Source: Styela clava (Eukaryota). Taken from it: DNA of 64,000 nucleotides. A program made the translations under genes and the position numbers. Positions within the stretch are counted from its first letter, which is position 1. The number at the start of each line of letters is the position of its first letter. Under the pieces are notes generated by a model. It was given only the letters and a program-made list of their open reading frames with translations. It ran no database searches and was not told where the DNA came from. Of the stretch, positions 25,288-38,822 are shown one piece after another. The stretch lies in the NCBI RefSeq assembly GCF_964204865.1, contig NC_135263.1:10230001-10294000 (forward strand), written 5' to 3'.

Positions 25288-27047
25288 TTAATTTCCCACG
25301 ATAGAAATAACGCCACCAATGATTGCAAGGGCGAAGGATACCCAAGCAAATACGAAACTATATCCCCAGCTTACGTTAGAAAGAAAAACGGTATCAGCAT
25401 ATAGTCCAGTATAGGAAGCAAGCCCAATCATGATCAAAACACCTAAAAAAAAATAAGAGTGGTGAAATTTTTTAATTTGTGTGCAATAAAAAGTTTAATT
25501 TAAATTGACAGAGAGATATTCCACTGTGTCAAATTGTTGCGGTGGTATTTATTTGGTATGCCGCCATAATTTTTGTATCTCAAATATATGTAACATCTCG
25601 TGTTTACCTCACTCTTATGAGTAATGAAGAAGAAACACTCGGCAGATAATTTCTAGAATACACGGGTATTCTTCATGTAAATGAGATTACGATCAAATAA
25701 AAGTTCAAAGGAGAATTGCTTTATCACAACGGTGTGTCTAAGTGGGCGGGGCATCAGTTTTTGGCTGATGCCTATTCTTTTATGACTCATCGATTATTTT
25801 CGTATGTATTTAACTCTAATTTTCACCATGTCATTATAAACTGACAAGCACTCACGGAGCTATTCGAATGTCACTCACCCTTCATTGATAGTACGAATCT
25901 ATTTATTATGTGATTGGGCGGGGTCGGGCATACAATATAAAAAGGCTCGTTGTAAAAAAGTGTAAACGTATGGTTTTAATTGTTAAACCCTTTGGACAAA
26001 TATAGTATACATTCGATCAAAAGGACAAGAACTATTCGCGTCACTTTATGGAAATTTACATAGTGTGCTTTAGATACGCCAATGACCTTTTTGTACCAGA
26101 AATTTATTTTATATGATATATTTTATCGTTGGGTTGTTTTTAAACAGTTTCAAGTCTGAGACGTTTGGCATCTAAGGCACTTAATATTGTTTATAGCTCA
26201 CGATTTCACCTTTTATTACAATTTAATAACTTGTGAGAGAAACCATGCAGCTACACATTCTTCCACTTATAATTGCACAACTTAAATTTGTGACGAATTG
26301 CTATGTTCTAATCTTATCAAGCACACTTGATACCTCCGAGTAGTGAAAGCACTCCACCAAATGTTCCAAACGCCGATCCTTTCTCTTTTTTCGCCCCACC
26401 GATTAACGCCCCAATTGCTCCACATAAAAGTATGACATCTCCCATTATATTGAATGCAATTGCTACTTTTTCAGCATTTCCCTTTGGTACTGAAAAAGTA
26501 AATATATCATGAAAACTAAATGACATTATGAAGTTTTTGAAACAAAAAATTTGGAATATGTCTAAAAATCCATGATTATTTTTCCGAAATAAACTGTTTT
26601 AAAATATGTAGGCAGCATCTGGAATTTTTTTTTATCTTGAATCTTAAAAACGGAGAAAGCTCTTTTCAAAATTCAGGCGAGTTTTACACAGCAACAGGAC
26701 TTTGCTAATGTGAGGCAATATATTAGGCGAAATTATAAACAATCTTGTGCATTGAAAATATGCCTCTAGACTCGACGTCTGAAAAATGCATGATGCATGA
26801 ACAAAACACACAAAAAGAAATAGTAAATTTGAAGTTTAAAATGTGCATTAACTTACACCGTTCATTTGTCTAAAATTTGAAATTGTGGAAAAAACGTACC
26901 GTTAGCCCAAACACCACCAGAGACAACTTGAAACAATCCCTGAGCAGAAACAGGCGTGTAAATCCATCCTGGTGTTGCTAGTGCTATTAAATTGAAGCAT
27001 AAAGCAAAAAGAAGTCCACCACCACTTCCGAGACGAAGAAATCCCAT
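25288..27047 (-). CDS. PMP22/EMP/claudin-superfamily small tetraspan protein, copy A (intact, 152 aa); exons 27047-26900, 26489-26334, 25442-25288
   Basis: Two phase-1 GT-AG introns give an open 459-nt CDS with four hydrophobic helices, ATPGW..GLF in ECL1 and WGYSFVFAWVSFALAIIGG in TM4. Confidence 0.85.
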
Positions 27048-28239
27048 GTTATTGTTAAAAAGATATTGAAAGTTACAAACAAAAGGTAGGGCAGAATCTG
27101 AAAATCTTCATAATTTTATTTTCATTACTTTGGTTAGAATTTCGAGTTAATGATCACGGCATAAATATTTTTGGATTAGTAACACATGTGCGCAAAATGT
27201 TTATTCAAAAGTTGTCAAAAACAACTAAAAAAGTAAAAATCTTATATTTTAAAGCCAATTTTTATTATTCTCGACTCACGTCTTATTTTGAGTAAGATCT
27301 GACTTTACCAAATTTTTCGACAATTGGAAACCAAAATAGATATCCATCAAGTTCGAAAGCTTTCCGAAAACTGCGATGACAGAGGTTTCTATCGTTTTTT
27401 ATATAATCGATATATTTATCTATAAGTACAATAATTTCTACAATAAAAGACTAAGTTTACTTAAGAGTTATTAGTTTGACAAACATTATATGTCGTTATT
27501 TGATCTGGTTCAATCAAAAATAGAGGTGAGATGTTTCATGAGTGTTTACATAGAATTGACGTGATTGTAAAAAAGACTGTATTACATAGGTCAGATCCAG
27601 AGGTCAATATATCTTATACACGCCCTGAGACTTTTCTCAATCGACGTGAACATCATGGAAGAATTACTTAACGAGTCAACGTGCTTGAAACTTTGAATCG
27701 TCCCTGGCGACGTTTTCACTAATTTGAGAAAATGCTAAATCGATTTGCCCATCTTCATTGGCGTGTTGGCAGCGACTGATGAATAGATGTAAGAGAACAT
27801 AAAAAATAAATCAGTTTTACGTACTTGATCACGTTTTTGGTGGAAGAATGTATTAGAAAGCCCCACTTTTCTAAAAGATCTCCCAAAAATAATCGGATCC
27901 AACATAGCCCAAAAGCAACAACATTCCAACTAGCCTCCAACGAGATATAATAAACGATAAACTAAAAGGAAGCCGTTGAAATCAGCGCTAATTGAATGTA
28001 ACTAACAAGAAGGAACTTTTGTACAATACGCACGTAAATCCGAAACGGAATATCGTACCAATAATGTTGTGTACAGGAAGTACGTTGAACGTTACCATTC
28101 ACGTTCAGCCAGAGACCCTCTTTCTATCCCACACTCTAAAATGAAGTTTGAGGACATGTAGACATGATCACGGGTATAACAAAAATATCATGTCCCACTC
28201 ATATGTATACCTGTGGTATTTAGCCTTTTTTAGCTTAGC

Positions 28240-29020
28240 CTTGTGGACCGGTAAAAATTCAAAACTAATTTTGCGGAACGGTGAACTTCAAAATTAACCA
28301 AAAATATCAGAAACACAAAACATAATTAAATGAATGTAACTACGACAAAAGTATGCAATTCAAAAGCAGACAACTCAATTTGATGAGAAATTTGCTGCTG
28401 TCTTTTTGATATCATACGTGTTCAACGCGGTTATAATGATGTTTCAGAAAAGTGAAGTGGAGCGTTGACATCCACACGATTTCTTTGTCTGGCCTTGATG
28501 AGAGATAACGATTAAAAGCTTTTCTCACATAAGTGAGTTGTTCAAAAATGCTCAGTAATTTAATGGCTTTGTCACTGAACTCAGGATATTCTTTTCCAGA
28601 CGATATCCAAAATAATGACAGGTCTTTATGCTTCTACATCAACGTGGTATGTGCTTGACATCATTTTGCCATCAAATTTCGGTAAATTATTTTGTCAAAT
28701 TACGGAACGAGCGAGGTTTTCAATCAATTTAAGATTTAACAAGACAAGTAGGTTACTATTTGCTATCGACCTCCTTCGTTATGATGTTAGCCGTTATGAC
28801 GTCATAGACTTAACAAAACCTTCAGGCGTTCGGGTCTTAAATGGGCGTATCACCTCCGACCAAGTTCGGTTGGACGTCAATAGTAGTTAAAACTCGCAAA
28901 AAAATAGCCAGGCCATCACCACCTTGCATAATAGCAATTGAAATATAATATTGGAATATATTTGGCGGACCGGCAAGGAGGCTTATTCGAACCGGCACCC
29001 GTTCTCAAGTGGTTTCCAGC
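28240..29020 (-). mobile_element. Decayed hAT (Buster-like) transposon remnant
   Basis: The minus-strand translation LSLFWISSGKEYPEFSDKAIKLL...THLCEKSF...RQRNRVDV matches the hAT C-terminal dimerisation region, with frameshifts. Confidence 0.6.
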
Positions 29021-29983
29021 CCTTTATGGCTTATGGCCCCATTCCGGAGGCTTTTAGCACCCATGGCCCCCTGTTTATAATTTCAGTGGTATTTTCTTGT
29101 TATTTTTATAGGCAGATCCCAAATCCAAATATTTCCACACAAATCATGCTCAACAATGTGAAAACACCTTGTGAAATAACCTTATCTATGAATGAAACTA
29201 GAAGAGCGGAAAGTGTTCTTCTGAAGGGAAATATAAAAATCATTTTTGCGCCTGGTATTGAAGCCCCTCCCCCTGCTCTGCGGCCCCTTGGCTGTTACAG
29301 ATACAATGTTTTGGAACGTTTCTAGATCTTGGTGAAATGACCATCAAGGATAATTATTGAAAATTTGACGTTTAATTGTGCCCAAATTTCACTCATTTAT
29401 GGAGGATAAAAAGAATTTGAAAATAGAAAAATTCACTATATATGTTGGTCTAGCAGTTGTTGATAATGCAGGTTTGGGTTGGAACTGGTTGGTTTCCTAT
29501 TTTTGAAGTGATAAAGGCCATGGATATGGCTACAATTCAATCAATAGAATACAAGGAAATCTTTAGGATGTTCTATAGGTATAAACTATTAATACAAAAA
29601 TCTGCATGTAATGCCACTTTGAAATGTACAAGTGGATGATACCTAATGGCAATGCGTATGCGTTGAAAAGTGACGACGAGTCTCAATATGGTACCATCTT
29701 CGAACTAGTGGGACTACATATTAGAACTTCAGTAACTATATCAATTACAAAATATTGTATAGGTGAAGCAACGCACGGCATATATATATATGCATTTACA
29801 TAACTGTAAAGTATGGAATGAGTCGCTCAATCCGAGCAATGGGTCGCATGACGAAGCTGCCTTTAATGACTCATGCATCTATATTTCCCAAAATTGTTTC
29901 GTCGGTATAGCAAGACTACTATTCCGTCATTTCTATTGACGGCTGAATCTGCATGTTGCAATTCGGAGAAAACTATATCTGCT

Positions 29984-32900
29984 ATGGAGATACCTTTGAT
30001 ATTACCAACTTTATTTGCATTCGGTAAGTTACTAAACATAATGTTTATGTTTTTATTTTATAACATAGTGAATATTTTATAAACTGGATAGTAATAAATA
30101 TGGCCTATAACCAATGTTATTGTATATCTAGCGAATCCGTATATGTATATCTTGTATCCGTCTTTGCACACGCTGTAAGTCATATTAAAGTCATGTATAT
30201 ATATTGATAAATTGAATGTTTATTTGTGAAGATACAACATTCAAGTTGTTTCTGTTTAAAACAAGCTTACACAATTCATAAGTCTTATTCTGAGATTAGG
30301 ACGCGAAATATTCTTTGGGACGGATTTGAAAGACAATTCCGCATTGTGAGCGCTATATAATTTAATGCTTTTCCACAGTTCTTCAACTAATATATCTGCA
30401 TTTTTAGTGTTTTTCGAAATCGTCTGTAGCCAGCAATGTGAAATCCCAAAAGACAGTTTGCAGATCAGACATAGAATTGGTCAACTAAAGCCGAAAAACT
30501 ACCCACAACGTATTTCTGCAAAGCAAAATTGTGTCTGGCAGTTTTCTGACGATATATTTCCAGGACAGGCTTTGTTTATATATGTATCGGGCATTAATTT
30601 GGTTCTCAACAACGAAGCTATCGCAGATATAACAATAGGTAAGACTATTTCTAAATCGAGCCGAACCATTAGAAAATTGAAATATGCATCGGACATTGAT
30701 TTGGTTCGCAACAGCGAAGCTGATGTTGGATGTCAGTACCGAAAATCTGAATTGATCTCTACATAGGACACAAACAGATTCTCGACTTTGATTAAAAGTT
30801 GAGAAAAAAAGAATGAAACTACTACTTAAAAACAACTAATTTGCTAATACCAAGCTGTCTTTAATAGAGCTATCACAGTGCGACAAAATGTCTTTAAACA
30901 TATTTCATATTGTTTCAAATTACAATGTAGTACCGTAGTTACATTACGTTCCGATGTCCGCCATCTTGGTTCGCATACTTCGGGAGCACCCATAATTATA
31001 TAGAATCATAGCATCCTAGCATAACATAATGTTATATTAATACATACGCTTATTTCTCTTCAGGGGAAGAGAATCCATATTACAAAAAGCCGAGAGCGAA
31101 TTGTAGACTTTACGGAAAGAATATCACAGATTTAAATTGGATAAATGTCAACAAGTATTTCATAGAAAACTATGGCAGTAAAGGAAAGAGTTGCAATGCG
31201 TGGGTCGTTGATAGTAGACCTGTTCAAAAAGTAGTTTTTCGATCTTTCGGTGTACAGAATGAAGCTTTCCCCTATACAGATTTCTTGCTGGTTTACGAAT
31301 ATTTACCCGTAGAGAGCATACTCCAGTCTCACACTACAACTTTGAAGGATGAAACCTTTTCTACGCATTTCACCTCATTAGGAATGTCTTCCCCAGGTAA
31401 GGCGTAGCAGTAGCGTACCAAAAAGAACATAATCTTGACAAATCCCATTTTATTGACAAATACAAGAATGTCATAATACGTAGCTTTCCACTTATGTTCA
31501 AATTTCTACATGAAATTCAAAGTTCAGTGTTGGAAAGGGCATTGAGTGGCTGGCTTGACTATGTACTCAAATTCAAAACGCATGCTTCTAATTACCGGTA
31601 TCTATTTTGTAGAAAATATCTCACATTTTGTGACAGAAGACAAACGCTTTCAAATTATTTTCATATTTTGACTGTAGGCTTTTTTCATATATTTGGGGAA
31701 AGATATTTTTCAAATGGGGAGATTTGTATTTCGGACCAAACTGCAATCTATATATTTATAAGAAAAATACCATTACTGTAGTCTACTTTAAGTTAACAGT
31801 TGCACATTTTGGGAATAATGACTTTGATGCAATCATTGTTTAAGGTGTTACAACCAAGGATTACGAAGAAATGACAGACAAAGTACAATGTGGAAACAAC
31901 ACTGCTTACATAGTATTGATTGTAATTCTTGCCCTATGCCTCTTCATAATTGTATCGTATTTCATATATCACATATCAAGGTATTTCATGACCCAATAGT
32001 TTCATTTAACTTACTTACTATAGTGTGATATGATGTGAGTAAAGAAATAATAATATTTTCGTTGTGTCTTTAGAATAACTACAAATGTCTTATATGTTTA
32101 CTGTGTATTCAAATATTGCCTGTTTTGCATACAGACACCGTTCTGCAAGACAAAAAGGTGTTCTTTCGTCAGTTTCCTCACCAAGAATTCACGTTACCGC
32201 TAGTAGCACTGACACGGGTGTAAGAATGGATAACGCACCTGACTCAACAAATCCTAACACTGATATTGTTTTGAGCGGAAATGAGAATCATGCGTAAGTG
32301 AAGCCTGTCAAACTATTACTCGATATATCAACGTCTTTAGCTCTTCGGTTTACCGCCTCATCTTTCGTATCTTTTTCAGATTGGTTAATACTTTTCTGAT
32401 AACCAATCGTTTCGCATAATATAATATTCCTTGGTCAAAACGAGGGTAGTAAAAGTGGAGATTTTGTGAAATTTGAATGAATTTTCGTTTAAATTTCTAC
32501 ATCGTTTTAAACAGATATGCAATGGCAGTAGATCCGTTTGGAATGCCAATCACTTCCAGACCATCCGAAAATATCAACGCGACCTCTACTTATGCAACCA
32601 TAGGTAATACGGTCGCAACTGGAAGTAATTTTCCTATACCAAGGTATTCTAAAGCATTGCTGGAAACTTAGATAACACGCAATATTTTAAAATATATAGC
32701 AATAATTCTTTCCAATGGATATATATATAAACGAAATTTTCAAATTCTGCAGTGCAAAGCGTCATCATTTTGGCCTCTTAGTTTAGTAGCTCGTTTGGTA
32801 AATCCTGTTTGTTGATCGGGATGGGTGAATTAGTAGTTTATCTATTGAAAGATTTTCGATTTGAGATACCGATTTAGAAATTTTACGGCACAAATGTTAA

Positions 32901-33269
32901 TGCAAATCGACAAAACTTAGATTAGAAACCCGTAATAAAATGTCTTTTTGATACCCAGTACTGTGGTGTTTCATTTCTGCAGAAAAGCAGAATTAATTGA
33001 AGTTTACAAACACCGCTTTCACATCAAATATTACATGAAGTCAAAGTGTTTCTGACTTGCTCGTTAAAACTGATCTGTTATTTTTCAGTGACAATGGTCC
33101 GATGTACGACATACCGAGCAACAACCGCGAGAGGGCACCAACAGCTATATCATCAACAAGCAATCCTACAGACCCCTATTACCAAATACCGAGTGGGAGA
33201 ATTCCCGACAAAAATCCTCCAAGTTCAAATGTTAAAGATGTTTATGCCATTGTTCGCAAAGACAAATAG
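29984..33269 (+). CDS. Type I membrane protein, 402 aa: signal peptide, divergent CUB-like ectodomain, S/T-rich stalk, TM, tyrosine-motif-rich tail; exons 29984-30023, 30408-30638, 31064-31396, 31845-31980, 32135-32293, 32515-32643, 33089-33269
   Basis: All six introns are GT-AG with compatible phases (1,1,1,2,2,2) and give an open 1209-nt CDS. CUB-like C..GQLKPKNYP...NCVWQF; TM YIVLIVILALCLFIIVSYFIY; tail motifs STYATI, YDIP, YYQIP and DVYAIV. Confidence 0.8.
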
Positions 33270-33419
33270 ACTAGAAACTAATTGCTTGGATCAACGACGA
33301 TTCCTCAATACTAAAAACTATTCAATATTATTGTATGCTTTCCTAATTAATCTGAGTTGCTGTTTACTTTATTCACAGAAAAAAACAAATAAAAAACAGT
33401 TGCTTCATATGCCATATAT

Positions 33420-34133
33420 CGACGGCGATCAAACCGCGGCTCGCGAGAGTTTTTAAGCGGCTCTTCGGCTTCGCGCTAGCATTAATTAATATCCAAATTG
33501 AACTAAGAGAAACTGAAGTGTAAATTTTTTTTTTAAATTCATCAAAAAGCAGAATAAGTTTTTATCAATGCATACGACAAATTATGGGAAGTAAACGGGA
33601 AGAAGAATATGCATTCACTAGTCGAGAAAATAAACTTCTCTGTTTAATCTCTCATATGTTGCTAATTCAAAATAAAGTCAGCAACGTTGAACGTCACCCT
33701 GAAACGAATCACAAAAACTTCGTACGAGACTACCCTCGTAAATCGTAAGCCTCGTAAGGAAACACAGATTAAATGACTTTAAATTATTACTAGAAAGACA
33801 GCAGAAATTTATGATATCATTTGGCAACGAATCTTATGCATCAACTGAAGCTAGTTTTGTCATAACATGGAATATTGCTCGTGCTAAACACCCGTTCTCT
33901 GGCTATGATTTTATGAAAAAATAAATATTGCTGATGTTGTCACAGTCAATAGTCCAAACGCCGGTTTCGCGTCGCACTATACAAAGGCGCATCTCCCAAA
34001 TTTGTATCAATGTAACAGTTACAATGCACAATCATTTGTTGAGCTCTAATATTATTCATTTCAAAAATTATGCGGCTCTCACATATTTCTGATTTGCTGC
34101 ATGCGGCTCAAAAAATTTATTTGATCACCCCTG
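33420..34133 (+). mobile_element. Internally deleted hAT (SPIN/GTF2IRD2-like) element
   Basis: Ends cgacggcgatcaaa / tttgatcacccctg with gcggctc subterminal motifs. Remnant translations EEEYAFTSRENKLLCLI..NVERH.ETNH and TEASFVITWNIARAKHPFS. Confidence 0.7.
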
Positions 34134-34321
34134 TAGTAGTATATATTTACGGTCATATATATTCGACCTGGATTTTTTTCGGTAGTTATGTCTTCGAAAT
34201 TATTTACCTCTGTATGTACATATACTCTTGCGTAATCGAACCATATTTAAACGTTTGTCCAACACTATTCATTGCACAACCTTATCCTTGTAGAGTAGTA
34301 TTTTTGTCTAGGAAGTGAATA

Positions 34322-35193
34322 ATGAGCGAAAAAATAAGTTTTTACGAAAACAAAAACCTTGCATACAAGTATGCAGACGGAAGACCATCATATCCACAAT
34401 CATTGGCAAATGATGTGATGAAGTACCGTGCCAATTTAAGACATGATGTGAGTGATCCGAATAAACTAAAATATATATTTGAAAATGCTTGATGTTGTAC
34501 GTTGTAGTGGACATGCAACACGGTTATTTGCTCCGTATTTTGAGTCAAGTTTAGGTATAGATATCAGTTCGGAACAGATCGAAGTTGCAAGGGAACTGAC
34601 AAAGACAAATGATGAAAATGTTTCATATAAAGTTGTGACGAATGATGTGTTCCCCGTTGAAAATGATGCGTAGATTTCGGTAACTGTGCCACAGCTGCTC
34701 ATTGGCTGGATATGCCCAATTTGAAAATGAATGCAATCGGGTCTTAAAACCAAACGGTTGTGTTGCGATTTATACTTACTTTTTTGCGTCAGTCAGACGA
34801 CCTAAATCTACTAAAGCAGCGAACCAAAGTCAATCGGACCTACAATGCCAAAGTCTTATGCGTGATTACATCAGGGATATTCGTGGACATCCAAGAAATA
34901 ATCTTTGGCTCGAAGAATATCGATGGCTTTTTGAGAAAATTTCAAATAAAAGCAAAAGATGGCTCAATGGAATCGAATATGACGTGGAATGGAGTTTTAC
35001 TCAGTTGAGAAAATGTTGGGCAAGCAAAGGGGAATATTATAAACTTTTGAGTGAAGAAAATCCAGAAATCGACCCACTCGACGTATTTTTAAATAATATA
35101 AAACAACTACTGAATATGGAAAATCAGGAAAATGAAGATACCGCGTTTGATATAACGTGGAGATTTCCCTGTATTGTATTTACCAAGGCGTAA
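34322..35193 (+). pseudogene. Intronless class I SAM-dependent methyltransferase (Methyltransf_11-like) with about three frameshifts
   Basis: Consecutive frames encode YADGRPSYPQSL / MLDVVRCSGHATRLFAPYF..GIDISSEQIEVA / CATAAHWLD / FENECNRVLKPNGCVAIYTY. Motif I (LDVGCGxG) is degraded. Confidence 0.75.
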
Positions 35194-35649
35194 TATTGAT
35201 ACAGTGATACAATGTAAAAATTCAAACACGGAAAACAATGTTACAGTGCGTGATGTTTTGCGATCTCTGTTACACAGTTTCTAATCATTGTAAAATATTT
35301 TGAAACAGTCAAGTCCCAAGTAAAATACAATCATGATTTTATTGTACAGTATTTAAACAAATAGCAATGGAGTTGGCCGCGTTATCTTCAGCTTATTATA
35401 AATATATTATGTTATATGACATAATATCATCTGATCCTGCGATGTTCTCATTTCATGCTCTTGCATTTCATATTTAGTGATCATATATTTTTATGAAAAA
35501 TTTCAGTCTATCGTCCTGAAAGATAAAATGAATTGTCATAGAAATGACCAGCATACAGGTTCCTCGTCAGTCGTCAGCCCGTCTAGTTGATTGCAGTAGC
35601 ATTAGGCCTATCTATCAGATTTCTATCTATTGCAGTGTAGCTGCGAACA

Positions 35650-38260
35650 AATAAGTCGGTCGGGACACACATACTGTTTCGCAGAACGATGGCTGTAACG
35701 GTTTACGTGAACTCAACGGTTAATACAGGACTGGGTCTTTGACAAGTACATCCTCCGTTTTTGCACGGCACTTTCAAACTAGGCATAATTTTACCGGGAG
35801 AGTAGAAACACCCGTGGAAGCTTCTTGTAGGCCTCATTACTTATCGATCTTGATCGTGTATGTTGTTAGGTTTTTATCTGTTCGTTTGCCTGTTAGATAA
35901 CGACGATATCTCACGAAAGCAAGATTGAATCTGCACCAAATTTTGCATGTGCATTCATCATATCTCGGAACAGAAGCCTATTGATTTTGGAAGATAATTA
36001 GCGAGTTATTAATTAATTAGTGATGGAACACACGGTGTCGCTATGGAGTAATAACTTTCGATCGATAAGTCGTCGGTCTCTGACCGATATTCTCGTTAAT
36101 ATCTTTCACTGTATTGTCCTCTGCCTAATGTCCTAGACACTATTCTCACTGAAGCCTTTTTCCTTTCGTTTGCCTATCAAAGTTAAATTTTTACCCATTG
36201 TATTTTGGCAGCAGAATTCCAACTCCCTCTTTTTTATTCTAAATTATCCAGTAGGTATTCACACCATGTCAAAATTATTGTATTGTTGCATTCATAATTT
36301 AACTAAAATTATTTTAAATTTCGGACAGAGCGTTGAAGCTTTGGAAAATACTGTCGCAGTAATCTGAGTCCAACTTAGTTCAATAGCCCGGCGAACGGTC
36401 CGTAACCCCAATGCATTTATACGCGCCCCAAACCTGTCTTGCTGCCTAAGACATACCAGCAATATTCAGCTCTGATATTGTTGTTTCAAATGGTAGTTTA
36501 ATCTAAGTAAATCTTCAGTTAACAAATACAATCCAATAAAGCAACTATACAAGAATGGGGTGCGGTATATAACAATTGGCGTCTATCCAGTCAATAGTTC
36601 TACGATTGACAGATAAAGTATTTTAGCAAATTTACTGTGCGTGGTCCCGGTTTGATGTTCTTGTCGAAGGGACCTTGGTCTTGGCCAATAATAAAAGTCA
36701 GTGGACCACTGCATACCAGCGGTGATACGCAGGAGCTATATTAGTACCTCCCGAATTTTAAGAGAGGTACCTACTAATATTGATAACTGTATATGGGCCC
36801 TACTAACAAATACAGTAAACTTTTACGGCACAATTCAGACTTCTGCTAGTGTGACGTGGAACGCAGTTCGGAGAACAAGACAAGATGAAACCTGTCTGAG
36901 ATAATTCAGATTGAGTTCTGGTATCTCCACAAAAATGTGGCTCATCATGAGAAGTATAAAATACATTTTCAGTTTATAAAACAAGTTTCACATAGCGTTA
37001 ACTATTGAAAAAAAAATTAAAAGATATGTGCGTAATTTTAACATCGGTGTAAATACTTACTGATTAGATTTTCATTTGCCTGTGAACATGTGTTTTCATA
37101 TAGTATTGTGTTATCGCTCAATGTCTTTTTGCAATAAGTTTGATACTACATAATGATATGTATTCCAGTAAACAGTTCCCGGAAGCATAAGAACTTTCAA
37201 GAACACAAAAAAAAGGTTTCATCTTCATTGTTTGGTCTTATAATACAAATTAATAAAACGTAGTTTCATGGTATTCATCTTGATAAGCAAACAATGGTGC
37301 CTGCTGCGTCAACGTTGTCCAGTGGCAGCAGAAGATACTTTTGCAGCTTGTGCATCAGAATAGTTTTCGTTCAGGGATGGGTTCCTAAAAAAGTTTCTCG
37401 TTATGCAACAATTATATGGACAAATTTGCATATGTTTGGATTACCTTATTGCTGTGAATTTGAAATTTCATAAAAAAATTCATAAAGAATAAGTTTTTAT
37501 TTTTATTTTTTATCTACATAGCAAATGGTAATCTCTTGGCCACTGGCCTTTGACTTGCTCGCAATACCTCGAAGTCGAGATGAGAGAGGTGAGATAAAGG
37601 AGATGTAATTTCTCTCGCTAGAAGTCACTTTGAATTTTGTTTGCATGACCATGAAATTAATATTCAGGAATGACAAAGTCACTTTGGGAATGACGAAAAC
37701 CCACCGCGTTGTCATGGGCGATTGTCAGATACTCTCGTTAGATACCAATTTACAATGGAGATTTACAACTGCTGAATTTCCTAAAAAGTTCCCCTATAAT
37801 TTCTGTAGTAATTGCAGCACGTAGTATCTTTGTGACTTTATTATAAACAAATGGGATTCGAACGAATGGTAAAACGTGTAAACACAGCTTATAAATTGTC
37901 GTTTTTTTAAATTAAGGCAAATAAAATCTTGTTGAGACACGCAAAGAGTTTTCATTCAAACTTAACTAAATAGATCTGGCTGGAGCGTTTTTCACACATT
38001 TTATCGGACTTTGTAACAACAGGTAGCAAATAAAATAAATCTACAGAGTATTAACGAATCAGGTTTACGCAATAAATGCAAGAATGACGTAGTGAAAAGA
38101 TAGATAGTATTTCATAGTATGGAAAAAGAGGTCTGAATCTACCTCTGAATCAACAAATAGTTAGATGGTTCAGTAGTCACTTTTTTTACACTATCGAAGT
38201 ACAATGAATTGTCAAAGTGTATTGAAGTTGCTTCCCAAGTGTCAGTTTCCTTGTCTTGAC
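35650..38260 (-). pseudogene. Possible decayed multi-exon extracellular-protein gene (Ig-like and EGF-like pseudo-exons)
   Basis: The segment ~37515-37781 follows a ttttag acceptor and reads VNLHCKLVSNESI*QSPMTTRW (Ig-like C..W, internal stop). The segment ~35740-35775 reads PCKNGGCTC (EGF-like). No intact model could be built. Confidence 0.25.
35837..36097 (-). mobile_element. HINE/DINE-1-like element, family 1
   Basis: Reverse complement of the elements at 7610 and 52456, with the same subTIR and 3' hairpin. Confidence 0.7.
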
Positions 38261-38822
38261 TGAAAATAAACTAAAAAAACAATATACTGCAAAATCAGTT
38301 TGTGGTGCTTTTCTGTTTAAAAATTAAATTTTGAGACCTCATAAGAGTCATAATATGATGTCATATTCAGTACTTTACACAGGCGAGAAAACCCACTTTT
38401 TTAATTTTTAAAGTGGATTATGACGACATACCACAATTACAAAATTGCGGTAAAAGGCATTTAAAGTTGGTAATAAATCGACTAAACAAATTAAAAGCTC
38501 AAAGCTGCAATGAAAGGTCTTGAAAAAAAGGTGACGTCATAAGACCCGTTTGTAATCGCGAACGGGATCCATGTCCCCGTTCTCCCGAAGTAAGCTAAGT
38601 ACCACTGTGTTTAATAGTTAATATACCCAAAATTCGTAATCATTCGTTTTCATGTTTCACCGAATAAATATCTCATATAATATATGATATCCTTTCATAA
38701 TTAAAGATATACAGATAATATGCGCCACTCATATCTTCCTCTCTTTTATAACTTATTTTTATTTTCCACGACGAGTTAATGCTACTTTATATGATCCCGA
38801 CGATTTTGCATCAGGTTTCGAT

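Noticed and set aside
30639-30766. ORF-track extension of the CUB-like exon (KTISKSS...)
   Set aside because: This is read-through into the intron after a canonical G|GTAAG donor at 30638.
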